Source of the DNA: an uncultured Gemmatimonadaceae bacterium
GTDB taxonomy: Bacteria; Gemmatimonadota; Gemmatimonadetes; Gemmatimonadales; Gemmatimonadaceae
NCBI GenBank assembly: GCA_963761305.1
Contig: CAVXGK010000002.1
Coordinates: forward strand, 1,568,001 to 1,632,000
DNA: 64,000 nucleotides
Direction: 5' to 3'
Part shown: positions 9,177 to 17,935 of the stretch, piece by piece
Position numbering within the stretch: the stretch's first letter is position 1
Layout: each line of letters begins with the position of its first letter
Position numbers and translations under genes: made by a program
Notes under the pieces: model-generated
What the model saw: only the letters and a program-made list of their open reading frames with translations
What the model was told of the DNA's origin: nothing
The model's database searches: none

Positions 9177-9670
9177 TGCCTCGGAGCCACGCGGCGCTGG
9201 CGTGCGTGGCTCTGGCTGCGAGTCTGATCGTTCCCGCGTGTCACCGCGCGGCCGCGAGCGTGTCCAATGGATCGCGCGCGCCGGCAGATTCGCTCGAGGG
9301 CGTCGTCCAGGTAACGGGAACCGACCCGTTGCTGCAGACGACGCTGGCGCCTGACAACGGGGGCCGCGCCGTCACACTCGACGGGCCGGCGTCACTCCGA
9401 CGCCTGACCGGTTTGCGAATCGCCGCCGTTGGCACGCTTACGGGAAGTCATCTTTCCGTTGCGCGATTCACCGTGCTTGCTGCCAGCGGCGTTGCTGCTA
9501 CGGACGGCACGCTCGCTCAGAGCGGCGATGCCATCGTGCTCGTCACCGCGACCGGCAAGCGATATGTACTGGTGAACCCGTCTCCTGTTCTGCGCGGCGA
9601 CGTTGGGCATCGCGTCTGGGTATCGGGCACTCTGGACAGGGAGCCCGTTGCGTACGGGATTATCGACTGA
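9176..9670 (+). CDS. Hypothetical lipoprotein (two small OB-like beta repeats)
   Basis: GTG overlaps the upstream TAG; lipobox-like VPAC; repeated 'L..G.RI...G' / 'VGHRVWVSG' units. Confidence 0.65.
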   Translation: MPRSHAALACVALAASLIVPACHRAAASVSNGSRAPADSLEGVVQVTGTDPLLQTTLAPDNGGRAVTLDGPASLRRLTGLRIAAVGTLTGSHLSVARFTVLAASGVAATDGTLAQSGDAIVLVTATGKRYVLVNPSPVLRGDVGHRVWVSGTLDREPVAYGIID

Positions 9671-9679
9671 CCTCGGCGG

Positions 9680-9708
9680 GGCCCCGATATCGATGTCGGG
9701 GCCGCTTT
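9680..9708 (+). terminator. Probable intrinsic terminator
   Basis: GGCCCCGATA-TCGA-TGTCGGGGCC then GCTTT, 10 bp after the stop. Confidence 0.55.
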
Positions 9709-9968
9709 CGCAGTAACCATTCGCCACAAAGAGCACACGCTGACGCGGACCGCGTTGACGGACGGTCAGGGCAGACGCATGAGACATCGCCATCGGGCAG
9801 CCAATGGATCGACGGCTGAGCACCGAGGCATGCACGCGTTGTCCGCATGCGTTTGTCCCCGCGCGATCGTCGCGCAAATTATTAGTTCCATGAACGGCGG
9901 CTCGTGGTATTCGGCACTGATCGTGCGGCGAAATCGGCGAACCAACGCCTCACCTTCCGGAGGACACT

Positions 9969-10328
9969 ATGGCGCTACAGACGCAGACCGAGCACTCGCA
10001 CTCGGCCCACCCGCACGTACACGGACCCAACTGCGGCCACGCCCGTGTGCAGCACGACGGGCACCAGGATTATCTCCACGATGGGCACCTTCACTTCCAG
10101 GATGGATCGAAGGTGGAGGAGCACAAGATCGGCGTGAACGCGACGAATCCCGCGGCGTGCACGCCCGATCACCAGTGCAGCGGGCACGACAAGTCCCACC
10201 ACCATGGCGCGGGCTGCGGCCATGAAGCGGTGCCGCACGGCGACCATATTGATTACGTGGTTCAGGGACACCTGCATCACACGCACAGCGGCCATTGCGA
10301 CGATCACGGACCGGTGACGATCGCGTGA
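9969..10328 (+). CDS. Small His/Cys-rich metal-binding protein (two HGxxCGH...DY...GHLH repeats)
   Basis: GGAGG RBS; HVHGPNCGHARVQHDGHQDYLHDGHLH and HHHGAGCGHEAVPHGDHIDYVVQGHLH. Confidence 0.85.
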   Translation: MALQTQTEHSHSAHPHVHGPNCGHARVQHDGHQDYLHDGHLHFQDGSKVEEHKIGVNATNPAACTPDHQCSGHDKSHHHGAGCGHEAVPHGDHIDYVVQGHLHHTHSGHCDDHGPVTIA

Positions 10329-10335
10329 TGCGTCT

Positions 10336-10373
10336 GCCGCGTGCCGGCCGTCCTCCGACGGCCGGCATGCGGC
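10336..10373. terminator. Hairpin between convergent genes (bidirectional terminator candidate)
   Basis: GCCGCGTGCCGGCCGTC-CTCC-GACGGCCGGCATGCGGC, 17-bp stem. Confidence 0.65.
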
Positions 10374-10374
10374 G

Positions 10375-11340
10375 TCAGGGCACGTGCGGCGTCATCATCC
10401 GACCCATCTCCTTCCACTCGTCGACGCTGATCACACCGGTCGTATCGTCGCGATAGGCTGCCGCCGCGGCGAGAATCGCGGCGCGCTTGCGGGACGCGGG
10501 CACGATGTTCGACGCCAGAATGTCCGAGACGACGTCGTGCAACGAGTGCAGATTGTCGAACACGATCGCCGCGACGGGATACCGTTCGGTGAATAGCGGC
10601 GCCGAGCCCGGCGACATCGGCATTTCGGTCGGCATGTGCGCCGGCGCGCTGTCGAGCATGCGGAAGAACGCCGCAACCTTCGCGTCGACGGCGGACTGAA
10701 GCTCGCGCTCGGAGCGACCTTCGATCAGCGCATCGTAGAGCGACATCTGCAACCAGTGATACGACCACAGCAGTCCGTTGAACTTCGGATCCTGCCGGCG
10801 AAACGCCAGTGAATACGGCTGCCCTTCCATCAGCTCCATGCTTTTTGGTCGCGTGCTGAACGCGAGGTCCTTTCGCGACAGGTAGTACCGAAGCGCCTGC
10901 GCGACCGCTGAGTCGCGCTGCCACCAGGTCAGACCGTAGCCACCCCAGATGTCGTACAACTGGCGATGGAACGCGTGCGCCCAGTCGAACATCGCCGCGA
11001 CCTCGGGCACCAACTTCACGTAGTCGGGGCCGATCGCCGCCTCCTCGAGTGGAACGTTCGGCGGATGCCGCAACACCGACTTCGTAATGAACTGGAACTC
11101 ACCCGACTCCAATCGCCGAGCCGCGTCGGCGCGCGTGAGCAACGTCTCATATAGAATGGCGTGCCCGTAGTCGAAGCCGTTGAACAGACGGTCGGCCTGC
11201 GGGAAATGCTCTCGAAACGACCAGTTGTACTGCGCGGCCCAATACGACTGCTCGTACGTGCGCGCGACCGGCCGGGCGCACGACACGGCGACGAACGCGG
11301 CCGTCGTCACACACAGAATCGAGACGCGCGCCGCGATCAT
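10375..11340 (-). CDS. Hypothetical lipoprotein with four His-bearing helices (putative metal-binding)
   Basis: Start MIAARV overlaps the upstream stop (ATGA); lipobox-like VAVSC; motifs FDYGHAILYE, FDWAHAFHRQLYD, YHWLQ, FDNLHSLHDVVSD. Confidence 0.75.
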   Translation of the reverse strand: MIAARVSILCVTTAAFVAVSCARPVARTYEQSYWAAQYNWSFREHFPQADRLFNGFDYGHAILYETLLTRADAARRLESGEFQFITKSVLRHPPNVPLEEAAIGPDYVKLVPEVAAMFDWAHAFHRQLYDIWGGYGLTWWQRDSAVAQALRYYLSRKDLAFSTRPKSMELMEGQPYSLAFRRQDPKFNGLLWSYHWLQMSLYDALIEGRSERELQSAVDAKVAAFFRMLDSAPAHMPTEMPMSPGSAPLFTERYPVAAIVFDNLHSLHDVVSDILASNIVPASRKRAAILAAAAAYRDDTTGVISVDEWKEMGRMMTPHVP

Positions 11341-12323
11341 TGGCCAAACAACGGACGGGTCGCCATCTCGTAGCTCGCACCCAGGGTGAACGAGAACGAA
11401 CGCAGCACGCCGGCGAAGTGCCACGCGCCGCCGGCGTCGACGGCAACGATTGGCGTCACTTGGCGTCTCACCCCCAGTTCCGCCGACACGTCAGGTCGCG
11501 GGTACAAGCCGACGAATCGCTCGGCGAACGCGTCGGCGGTGATCATCGTCGAGCTGAGCCCGAAGGAGTGATCGTAGCCGACGCCGGCGAACCAATGTCC
11601 GCCGCTGAGACTCGTGCGCGCGCTCACCGTCGAATCGATCTGCTCGACGGGCGGCATGCAGAAGCGAGACGCTCCTCCACGCGGCGCCGTCGTCACCGAA
11701 CACGGTGCGTCGATGACGCCCCCCGGCGGCAGGTTGCTGCACGGCGTTCCCGCGAGGCGAACGGTGCCGGGCGAGCTGCAGCTCGAGTCAGCGATCGGAG
11801 CGCCCAGGCGAACCGAGTACGTGCCGCCCGCCGCGTTAAAATGGAACCGACCGATCGACGTGGTCTTGGTGGCGAGCAGCTTGAGCGAATAGGAACCCAC
11901 CGGCCCAGCGAGCGAACCGGCCGGCACGAGCCACTCGCCGGACACGGCGACGGCCGGAATGCTCGGGGTCTCGACGTTGAAGGCGTGGAGGAATCCCAGG
12001 CCGATGCCGCCGAGTCCCGTGGTGGATCGCGCGCCCAACCCTCGCGGCGGAATGACGTGGACGACTGGAATCCTCAATTCCAGTTCTGTGAACGGGAGCG
12101 CGCCGTACGAGACGCGCGGCTCGGCGCGTAACCGACTGGTCCCGTTGATCAGGCGCTCGTACTGCAGCGACGAAGGATCGATGTCGAGGCTGTAGAGCGG
12201 CGTCGGGATCGCGTCCTCGACGCGCCCGGGACGGTTGGCGTCGAGGTTGAAGTACTGCGTCTGCGCGTTGGCTGATTCTCCCACCACGCAGAGAACCGCG
12301 ACGAACCATGGACCCAGTCGCAT
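11337..12323 (-). CDS. Putative outer-membrane beta-barrel protein
   Basis: Signal peptide; YFNLDANRPGRVEDA; alternating beta-strand pattern ending FSFTLGASYE; 4-Cys inserted loop. Confidence 0.65.
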   Translation of the reverse strand: MRLGPWFVAVLCVVGESANAQTQYFNLDANRPGRVEDAIPTPLYSLDIDPSSLQYERLINGTSRLRAEPRVSYGALPFTELELRIPVVHVIPPRGLGARSTTGLGGIGLGFLHAFNVETPSIPAVAVSGEWLVPAGSLAGPVGSYSLKLLATKTTSIGRFHFNAAGGTYSVRLGAPIADSSCSSPGTVRLAGTPCSNLPPGGVIDAPCSVTTAPRGGASRFCMPPVEQIDSTVSARTSLSGGHWFAGVGYDHSFGLSSTMITADAFAERFVGLYPRPDVSAELGVRRQVTPIVAVDAGGAWHFAGVLRSFSFTLGASYEMATRPLFGQ

Positions 12324-12329
12324 GGCGGG

Positions 12330-12398
12330 AGGGTATCACGTCTGCCGCGGCACCGGGCCCGAGCGCCAACGAATGGTCGCTTTGGGCGCACGAGTGGT
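12330..12398 (-). promoter_or_regulatory. LytTR-type direct repeats plus -10 element (leaderless promoter)
   Basis: Minus strand ACCACTCGTG (12398-12389) and ACCATTCGTT (12377-12368), 21-bp period; TACCCT (12335-12330) 6 nt before the ATG. Confidence 0.65.
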
Positions 12399-12452
12399 CG
12401 CACGCGTCCACCGCCTTTCCCTGCCGTCCAGCACATGCTACTTCAATACGGC

Positions 12453-14393
12453 ATGAACGCTCGCGACCTCACCGCCCTGGTCCACCTCGTCGGCTTCGGC
12501 ACCGGCATCGTGCTCTACGCGATGCTCGGCGTCATGACGCGGCGGCGCCTCTCGCACGTGACGGAAACGGCGGACAGACAGAAGGCCGATCGCGTACCGC
12601 TGGCGGCCAGCTTGCTCGGCGTGATCTGGAACGTCGGCGCGATGGTCGTCTTCGCCGCGCGCGACTTCGGCGCGACCTACGAGCTGACCTGGGTCGCGGC
12701 GATCGCCTACGCGGCACTCGGATTTCTTCCCGCCGTCGTCGTGCACTCCACGCTGCGAAGAACCAAGCGCGCCGATTTCGCGTGGTTCCTCGGCATCGCC
12801 TACTCGGCGAGCACCGTCGCCGCGGCGATGCACGTCGCTGACGCGTTGCGCGGAGAGACGCCCTCGTCGGCCGGTTTGCTCCTGCTGACGATCACATACG
12901 GTGTATTGCTCGGGGCGCTGGCGATCACGGAGCGTCGGCGTCCCGGCTTTCAGCGAACGATTCTCGCCGTCGCGCTCGCCGCCTTTGCTGTGTCGGCGCT
13001 TCACCTGAGTCGCAATCAGGGCAGCGCCGATCAGGGCCCGTGGCTCGTCGAGCTCATCGGTCACCACGCGTCGCTCCCGCTCGTGTTGGCGATCCTCTAC
13101 CAGGATTACCGTTTCGCGTTCACCGACCTGTTTCTCAAGCGCGCGCTTTCCCTCTTGGCGCTTGTCGGTCTCGTGTCGTTGCTGTATGCGCTGATCGCGG
13201 CGCCGCTGGTCGATCCGCACGCGTTGGCGGCGCGGCAACTGTCGCGCGACGGTTCGCATCTCTGGTCGACCGGCGCGCTGCTCGGACTGTGGATCGTCAC
13301 CGCGCTGGCCTATCCGTTCATCCAGCGCCGCATCTACCGATTCGTCGACCGCGTCATTCTGCGTCGCGCGGACTACCGCGCGTTCCGCGGCGAGTTGGCG
13401 AGCGCGCTGAGTGAGTCTCGGACGCCGGATGCAGCGCTCGAGGTGACCTGTTCTTTGCTCGGGATCGCGCTGGGAGCGAGCGGCGTCACGTGGCGGGCGG
13501 CCGAATCGCCTCGGGTGCAGGGCGACGCCGTCATCGAAGTCGACCCGCGGCGAACCGGCGCACTCATCGGCGTGCGGACCGCGCTCGATCCGACGTTCCA
13601 GATTCGAATCGACGAGTTGAGCGGCGGACGCACGCTCCTGTCGGACGACTTCGTGCTCATCGACGCCGTGGCGGCGCTGGTTGGCCGGCGTATCGACGAG
13701 CTTCGTCTCGAAGCGGAGCATCGCGCGCACGAACAGCGCGAACAGGAAATGCGACAATTGGCGGCCGAGGCGGAGTTGCGTGCCCTGCGCGCGCAGCTCA
13801 ACCCGCATTTCTTGTTCAATGCCCTGAACACGCTCGGCCATCTGATGCAGACCGCGCCCGAGCGCGCGTTGGACACGCTGTATCAACTCACGAACTTGCT
13901 GCGCAAGGTGCTCCGCCGGACCGATGGGGGCTTCGTTGCGCTTCGTGACGAGCTGGACATCGTCGAGGCGTATTTGGCGATCGAGCACGCGCGATTCGAA
14001 GAACGACTTGTCGTTTCCATCGACGTACCTCACGAGCTGTGGCATGCCCGGATTCCGCCGCTCCTGTTGCAACCGCTCGTCGAGAATGCGGTCAAGCACG
14101 GGATCGCGCCGACGCGCGAAGGCGGCCGAGTGTCCGTGTTCGCGCGGCGGTCGGACGGCGACGACGCCGACGCGTTCCTCACGCTGATCGTCTCCGACAC
14201 CGGTGCCGGCTGGACGGGCGGCAGCCTCCGCGATACGCGCGGCGGGGTCGGGTTGGACAGCATCGAGAGTCGTCTTCGACACTACTTCGGCGCCGCGGCC
14301 GCGATGGCGATTCGTCCGACCGTCGGCGGCGGCACGACGGTCGAGCTCTGCGTCCCGTGGGTCCACGACCGTCCAATCGCCGCGGCCAGCTGA
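12453..14393 (+). CDS. LytS/YehU-type membrane sensor histidine kinase
   Basis: Multi-TM N-terminus; AELRALRAQLNPHFLFNALNT H-box; LQPLVENAVKHG; VSDTGAG; GVGLDSIESRL. Confidence 0.93.
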   Translation: MNARDLTALVHLVGFGTGIVLYAMLGVMTRRRLSHVTETADRQKADRVPLAASLLGVIWNVGAMVVFAARDFGATYELTWVAAIAYAALGFLPAVVVHSTLRRTKRADFAWFLGIAYSASTVAAAMHVADALRGETPSSAGLLLLTITYGVLLGALAITERRRPGFQRTILAVALAAFAVSALHLSRNQGSADQGPWLVELIGHHASLPLVLAILYQDYRFAFTDLFLKRALSLLALVGLVSLLYALIAAPLVDPHALAARQLSRDGSHLWSTGALLGLWIVTALAYPFIQRRIYRFVDRVILRRADYRAFRGELASALSESRTPDAALEVTCSLLGIALGASGVTWRAAESPRVQGDAVIEVDPRRTGALIGVRTALDPTFQIRIDELSGGRTLLSDDFVLIDAVAALVGRRIDELRLEAEHRAHEQREQEMRQLAAEAELRALRAQLNPHFLFNALNTLGHLMQTAPERALDTLYQLTNLLRKVLRRTDGGFVALRDELDIVEAYLAIEHARFEERLVVSIDVPHELWHARIPPLLLQPLVENAVKHGIAPTREGGRVSVFARRSDGDDADAFLTLIVSDTGAGWTGGSLRDTRGGVGLDSIESRLRHYFGAAAAMAIRPTVGGGTTVELCVPWVHDRPIAAAS

Positions 14394-14394
14394 A

Positions 14395-14483
14395 TCCGAT
14401 CGACCACCGATGCCGACCGATCGTTCGCAAGAATCAACCATTCATTGGAGCGCGATGGCGACGGATCCGCGATCGTCTATTCT
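14395..14483 (+). promoter_or_regulatory. LytTR-type direct repeats plus -10 upstream of the response regulator (autoregulation)
   Basis: TCCGATCGAC (14395), ACCGATCGTT (14416), ACCATTCATT (14437), 21-bp period; TATTCT at 14478. Confidence 0.6.
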
Positions 14484-14544
14484 GCCCTCGAGTGATGACC
14501 ACCATCATCCCCACCCGCGAGGCTCCGGTGCCGCAACGGAGTCG

Positions 14545-15324
14545 ATGAACCAGCTGCGCGTCATCATCGCCGACGACGAACGACCGGCGCGGGCATTCCT
14601 GTCGTCGATCCTCGTCAACTTCGAGGACGTGGAGCTCGTCGGCGAGGCGGCAAGCGGCGCCGAGTGCGTCGAGCTCATCGAGCAGGTGAGCCCGGACCTG
14701 GCGCTCATCGACCTTCAGATGCCGGAGGTCGATGGATTGGGCGTCGTTCGCCTCATTCGCAAGGAGCGCCTGCCGCTCGTCGCGTTCGTCACCGCCTTCG
14801 ACGAGTACGCGGTTCGCGCCTTCGAGATGAACGCGGTCGACTATCTCCTCAAGCCGGTCGACGCGGTCCGTCTGAGAAACACGGTCAACCGCGCGATCGA
14901 ACGGCTCGAGCGCGCCGATCTGCGGCCGGGCGACCGCGACCGAATTCGGGCCGCGGCGACCGAGTACGCCGCATCGTTGCCACCGACAACGTTGCGACGC
15001 ATCCCCGTTCGCAAACGGGACGACATCTATCTGGTGCCTGTCGAGCAAGTCGTCTCGGTCATCGCCGACGGCGAACTCTTGCACCTCACCACTCGACAGA
15101 ACGAGCGCTACACGATCACGTACCGACTGAAGGATCTCGAACACCGCCTCGACCCGGCGCAATTCGTTCGGATCTCCCGCGGCACACTGCTCAACATCGG
15201 GATGATCCAGAAGATCACCCCGATGCCGGGCGGTACGTACGTGGCGGTCACGCACGCCGGCACGCAGCACCAGGTGAGCCGCATTCGCGGCCGCGTGCTG
15301 CGCGACCAGCTGCTCAGGCTGTAG
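14545..15324 (+). CDS. LytTR family response regulator
   Basis: VIIADDE...DLQMPEVDG...FVTAFDEYAVRAFEMNAVDYLLKP; C-terminal LKDLEHRLDPAQFVRISRGTLLN...VSR. Confidence 0.95.
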   Translation: MNQLRVIIADDERPARAFLSSILVNFEDVELVGEAASGAECVELIEQVSPDLALIDLQMPEVDGLGVVRLIRKERLPLVAFVTAFDEYAVRAFEMNAVDYLLKPVDAVRLRNTVNRAIERLERADLRPGDRDRIRAAATEYAASLPPTTLRRIPVRKRDDIYLVPVEQVVSVIADGELLHLTTRQNERYTITYRLKDLEHRLDPAQFVRISRGTLLNIGMIQKITPMPGGTYVAVTHAGTQHQVSRIRGRVLRDQLLRL

Positions 15325-15327
15325 CGC

Positions 15328-17721
15328 TCAGAACGCCGCCTTCAGTCGCAGTTGGAAGCTGCGCGGCCGCCCGACGGACGGACCGCTGAAGAATGCGCCC
15401 TTGAGCAAGTACGTCTTGTCGAAGACGTTGTCGACGTACAGCTCGGGCGTGAACTGCGTCCCGCCGACTCGCATCTGGTATCCCGCGGCCGCGTTGAAAA
15501 TGGTGCTCGGCGCAACGTGGATGCCCGAGTTGAAGTCGAAGAGGCCCTGGCCCAGGCTGCAGTTGCAGCTGCTCGGGTCGACGCCGTTGGTGAGACCGGA
15601 CCCGTAGATCGCCGTGCCGCTCAGAAAGAAGTTGCTCGGCGAATAGGTGGCGCTCGCCACGATGGAAAGACGCTGATCGTGATCGAGGTCGAAGAAACCG
15701 CTCGGCGGCGCGCTGGGGAAGAATCCTCCCGTGATGGTGCCGTACCCGTATGCATGGTTGAGCGCGGCGTTGATGTAGCCCGAGAACGGTCCGGGCGGCC
15801 GCACCTCGAGCACGCCCTCGATTCCCGTGATGTGCACGTGCTCGATGTTCACGTCGGTGACGATCGCCGAGCCGGGCACTGTGTTGTCGTCGATTCCGGG
15901 GCTGCTCTCCTTGTGGTACGCGGAGAGCTTGGTCACCAGGCCCGCCTCGGGGAAACGCTGGACGAGCCCCGCCTCGAAGAAGTTGTCGCGCTCAGGCAGC
16001 GTCGGGAGATCCGCCTCTCCGCCCTGGGAGACACTCGTGATGGTGCGGAGATCTTCGATGTTCGTCGGCATGAACAGGCGGCCGTAGTACAGATATGCGG
16101 TCGTCGTCGGCGACGGGAAGAAGTTGATGCGGAATCGCGGGCTCACCTGGCTCTGGACCGGCGTATTGGGCGCGGCGTGCGAGTCGTACCGGACGCCCGC
16201 GCGAAACTCCACCCACTCGGCCGGTGCGTAAGAGCCTTGGCCGTACACGCCGATGTCGTGGCCAGTGAGGTCGACGCTCGACTGCGGCCCGAAGCTCGTG
16301 GCGTTGAAGGTCGAGAAGTCTTCGTGCCCGCTGGTTAGCGACGACAGCGTGCCGAACTTGAATTCCGTCTCGTGTGCGGGGCGAAACGCGTAGTCGGCCT
16401 TGATCCCGTAGATGTTCGCCGCGCGGTTCTCGCGGATGTTGTAGAGGTTGGTGTCCGGGAAAAACTGGAACGTCGGATCGTCAAGCGGATCCGGGTTGTA
16501 GCGGAGAGACGCATGGCGGTAGAACAGGCCTCCGAAGAAATCGCCGGCCGTCTGGCCGTCGTCGTTCGGCTCACCCACCTGGTGGTGCCAACCCAGATTG
16601 ACGAAGCTGTTCCCGTCGTTCTGATGGTCGTTCTGAAACGCGCCGCCGCTCGAATCGTACGGAACGGCGAACTGCGTCGTCGAGAGATTCCCTTCGAGCG
16701 TGAACACATCGTGCGTGCTCGGCGAGTACTGGAGCTTGCCGAAGCCGTAGTAGTCGGTGCCGTCGTTGTGAAAGTTGCTGATGCGATTGGTGCTCGGGTC
16801 GATGACGATCGGCTCGAGGCGCATGTCGCTGAACTGGCGCGAGCCGGACAGGAAGAAGCCCCACGGCCCGCTGTTGCTGCTGATCGTGCCGGCTTCACCG
16901 TTCGAGCCGGTCGGCCCCGAGACGGTCGACCCGGAATAGCCACCGCCATATCCGCTGAAGCTTCCGTGGAATCCGCCCGACGGAATCTTCGTCGCGACGT
17001 TGACGATGGCCGATTGCCGGCCGCCGTACTCCGCGTCCCAGCCGCCCGTCTGGAAGTTGATTTGATTCACGACCTGCGGGTCGAACAATTCGTTGAGCGA
17101 TCCCGAGATGCCCGGCGGCACGGGGACGCCATCGATGTAGTAGGTGTATTCGGCGTGCTGTCCGCGAATGTGGACCTCGCCGGTCGGCGCACGGGCGGCG
17201 CCGGCGATCGACTCCTGAAGAATCTGTGACGTCGTCAACGTCGGCGCGCCATGGAAGTCGTTCTGTTTGAAGACCTGGTCGCCGCTGCGCGTGTCGACCG
17301 TGACGGCTGCCGGCGCGACGATCTGCACTGCCTCGAGGTTCAAGCCGACCGGTGCGAGCGCGAACTTGAATTGCTGGGTGGCCGTGGCCGTCTGCGCAAT
17401 GACCAGCGGTTGCGAGATCGCTCGGTAGCCGATGACGTGGACCGAGATCGAATACGTGCCCGCGCCGAGATGGTGAATCGTGAATCCACCGAACGTGTTC
17501 GTCGTGGTGTTCGCCACGACGGCGCCGCCCTGGTTGGCGACCGTGACCTCCGCCGACTCGATGGGCTGACCATTCGTGCTATCGGAGACCACACCAGTCA
17601 CATCGACGCTCGCGACGGCGGGCACTCCGCGGTGGATCGGGTCTCGTGCCGCGAACGCGAGTTGGCTCGGCACCAGCAACGCGCAGAACGCGAACGCGTG
17701 GAGGAACGGCGGTCGTATCAT
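15328..17721 (-). CDS. TonB-dependent receptor (paralogue 1)
   Basis: Signal peptide, carboxypeptidase-regulatory-like domain, plug HIRGQHAEYTYYIDGVP...TGGWDAEYG, C-terminal NVFDKTY...GRPRSFQLRLKAAF. Confidence 0.92.
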   Translation of the reverse strand: MIRPPFLHAFAFCALLVPSQLAFAARDPIHRGVPAVASVDVTGVVSDSTNGQPIESAEVTVANQGGAVVANTTTNTFGGFTIHHLGAGTYSISVHVIGYRAISQPLVIAQTATATQQFKFALAPVGLNLEAVQIVAPAAVTVDTRSGDQVFKQNDFHGAPTLTTSQILQESIAGAARAPTGEVHIRGQHAEYTYYIDGVPVPPGISGSLNELFDPQVVNQINFQTGGWDAEYGGRQSAIVNVATKIPSGGFHGSFSGYGGGYSGSTVSGPTGSNGEAGTISSNSGPWGFFLSGSRQFSDMRLEPIVIDPSTNRISNFHNDGTDYYGFGKLQYSPSTHDVFTLEGNLSTTQFAVPYDSSGGAFQNDHQNDGNSFVNLGWHHQVGEPNDDGQTAGDFFGGLFYRHASLRYNPDPLDDPTFQFFPDTNLYNIRENRAANIYGIKADYAFRPAHETEFKFGTLSSLTSGHEDFSTFNATSFGPQSSVDLTGHDIGVYGQGSYAPAEWVEFRAGVRYDSHAAPNTPVQSQVSPRFRINFFPSPTTTAYLYYGRLFMPTNIEDLRTITSVSQGGEADLPTLPERDNFFEAGLVQRFPEAGLVTKLSAYHKESSPGIDDNTVPGSAIVTDVNIEHVHITGIEGVLEVRPPGPFSGYINAALNHAYGYGTITGGFFPSAPPSGFFDLDHDQRLSIVASATYSPSNFFLSGTAIYGSGLTNGVDPSSCNCSLGQGLFDFNSGIHVAPSTIFNAAAGYQMRVGGTQFTPELYVDNVFDKTYLLKGAFFSGPSVGRPRSFQLRLKAAF

Positions 17722-17793
17722 CAGAAACTCCGTTTGACGGGATGCGCAGGATCGCCGGCGGCGTGAAGACGCTCGGCTGTTCGTGCTTCGCAT

Positions 17794-17883
17794 ACGCTAC
17801 GGATTCGCCGCGGCGAGCCGCGTTGGAATTCAACGTCCGGCTGCGTGGCTCCCATGAGCGGTCATCGTATGGCCACAACTGGT
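17794..17883 (-). promoter_or_regulatory. LytTR-type repeats plus -10 of TBDR1
   Basis: Minus strand ACCAGTTGTG (17883), ACCGCTCATG (17862), GCCGGACGTT (17841), 21-bp period; TAGCGT at 17799-17794. Confidence 0.6.
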
Positions 17884-17935
17884 CGCGGCAACGCCCGCTC
17901 GCTGATGGCGAGGTGCGTGCGAGGCAGCGCGGTGC

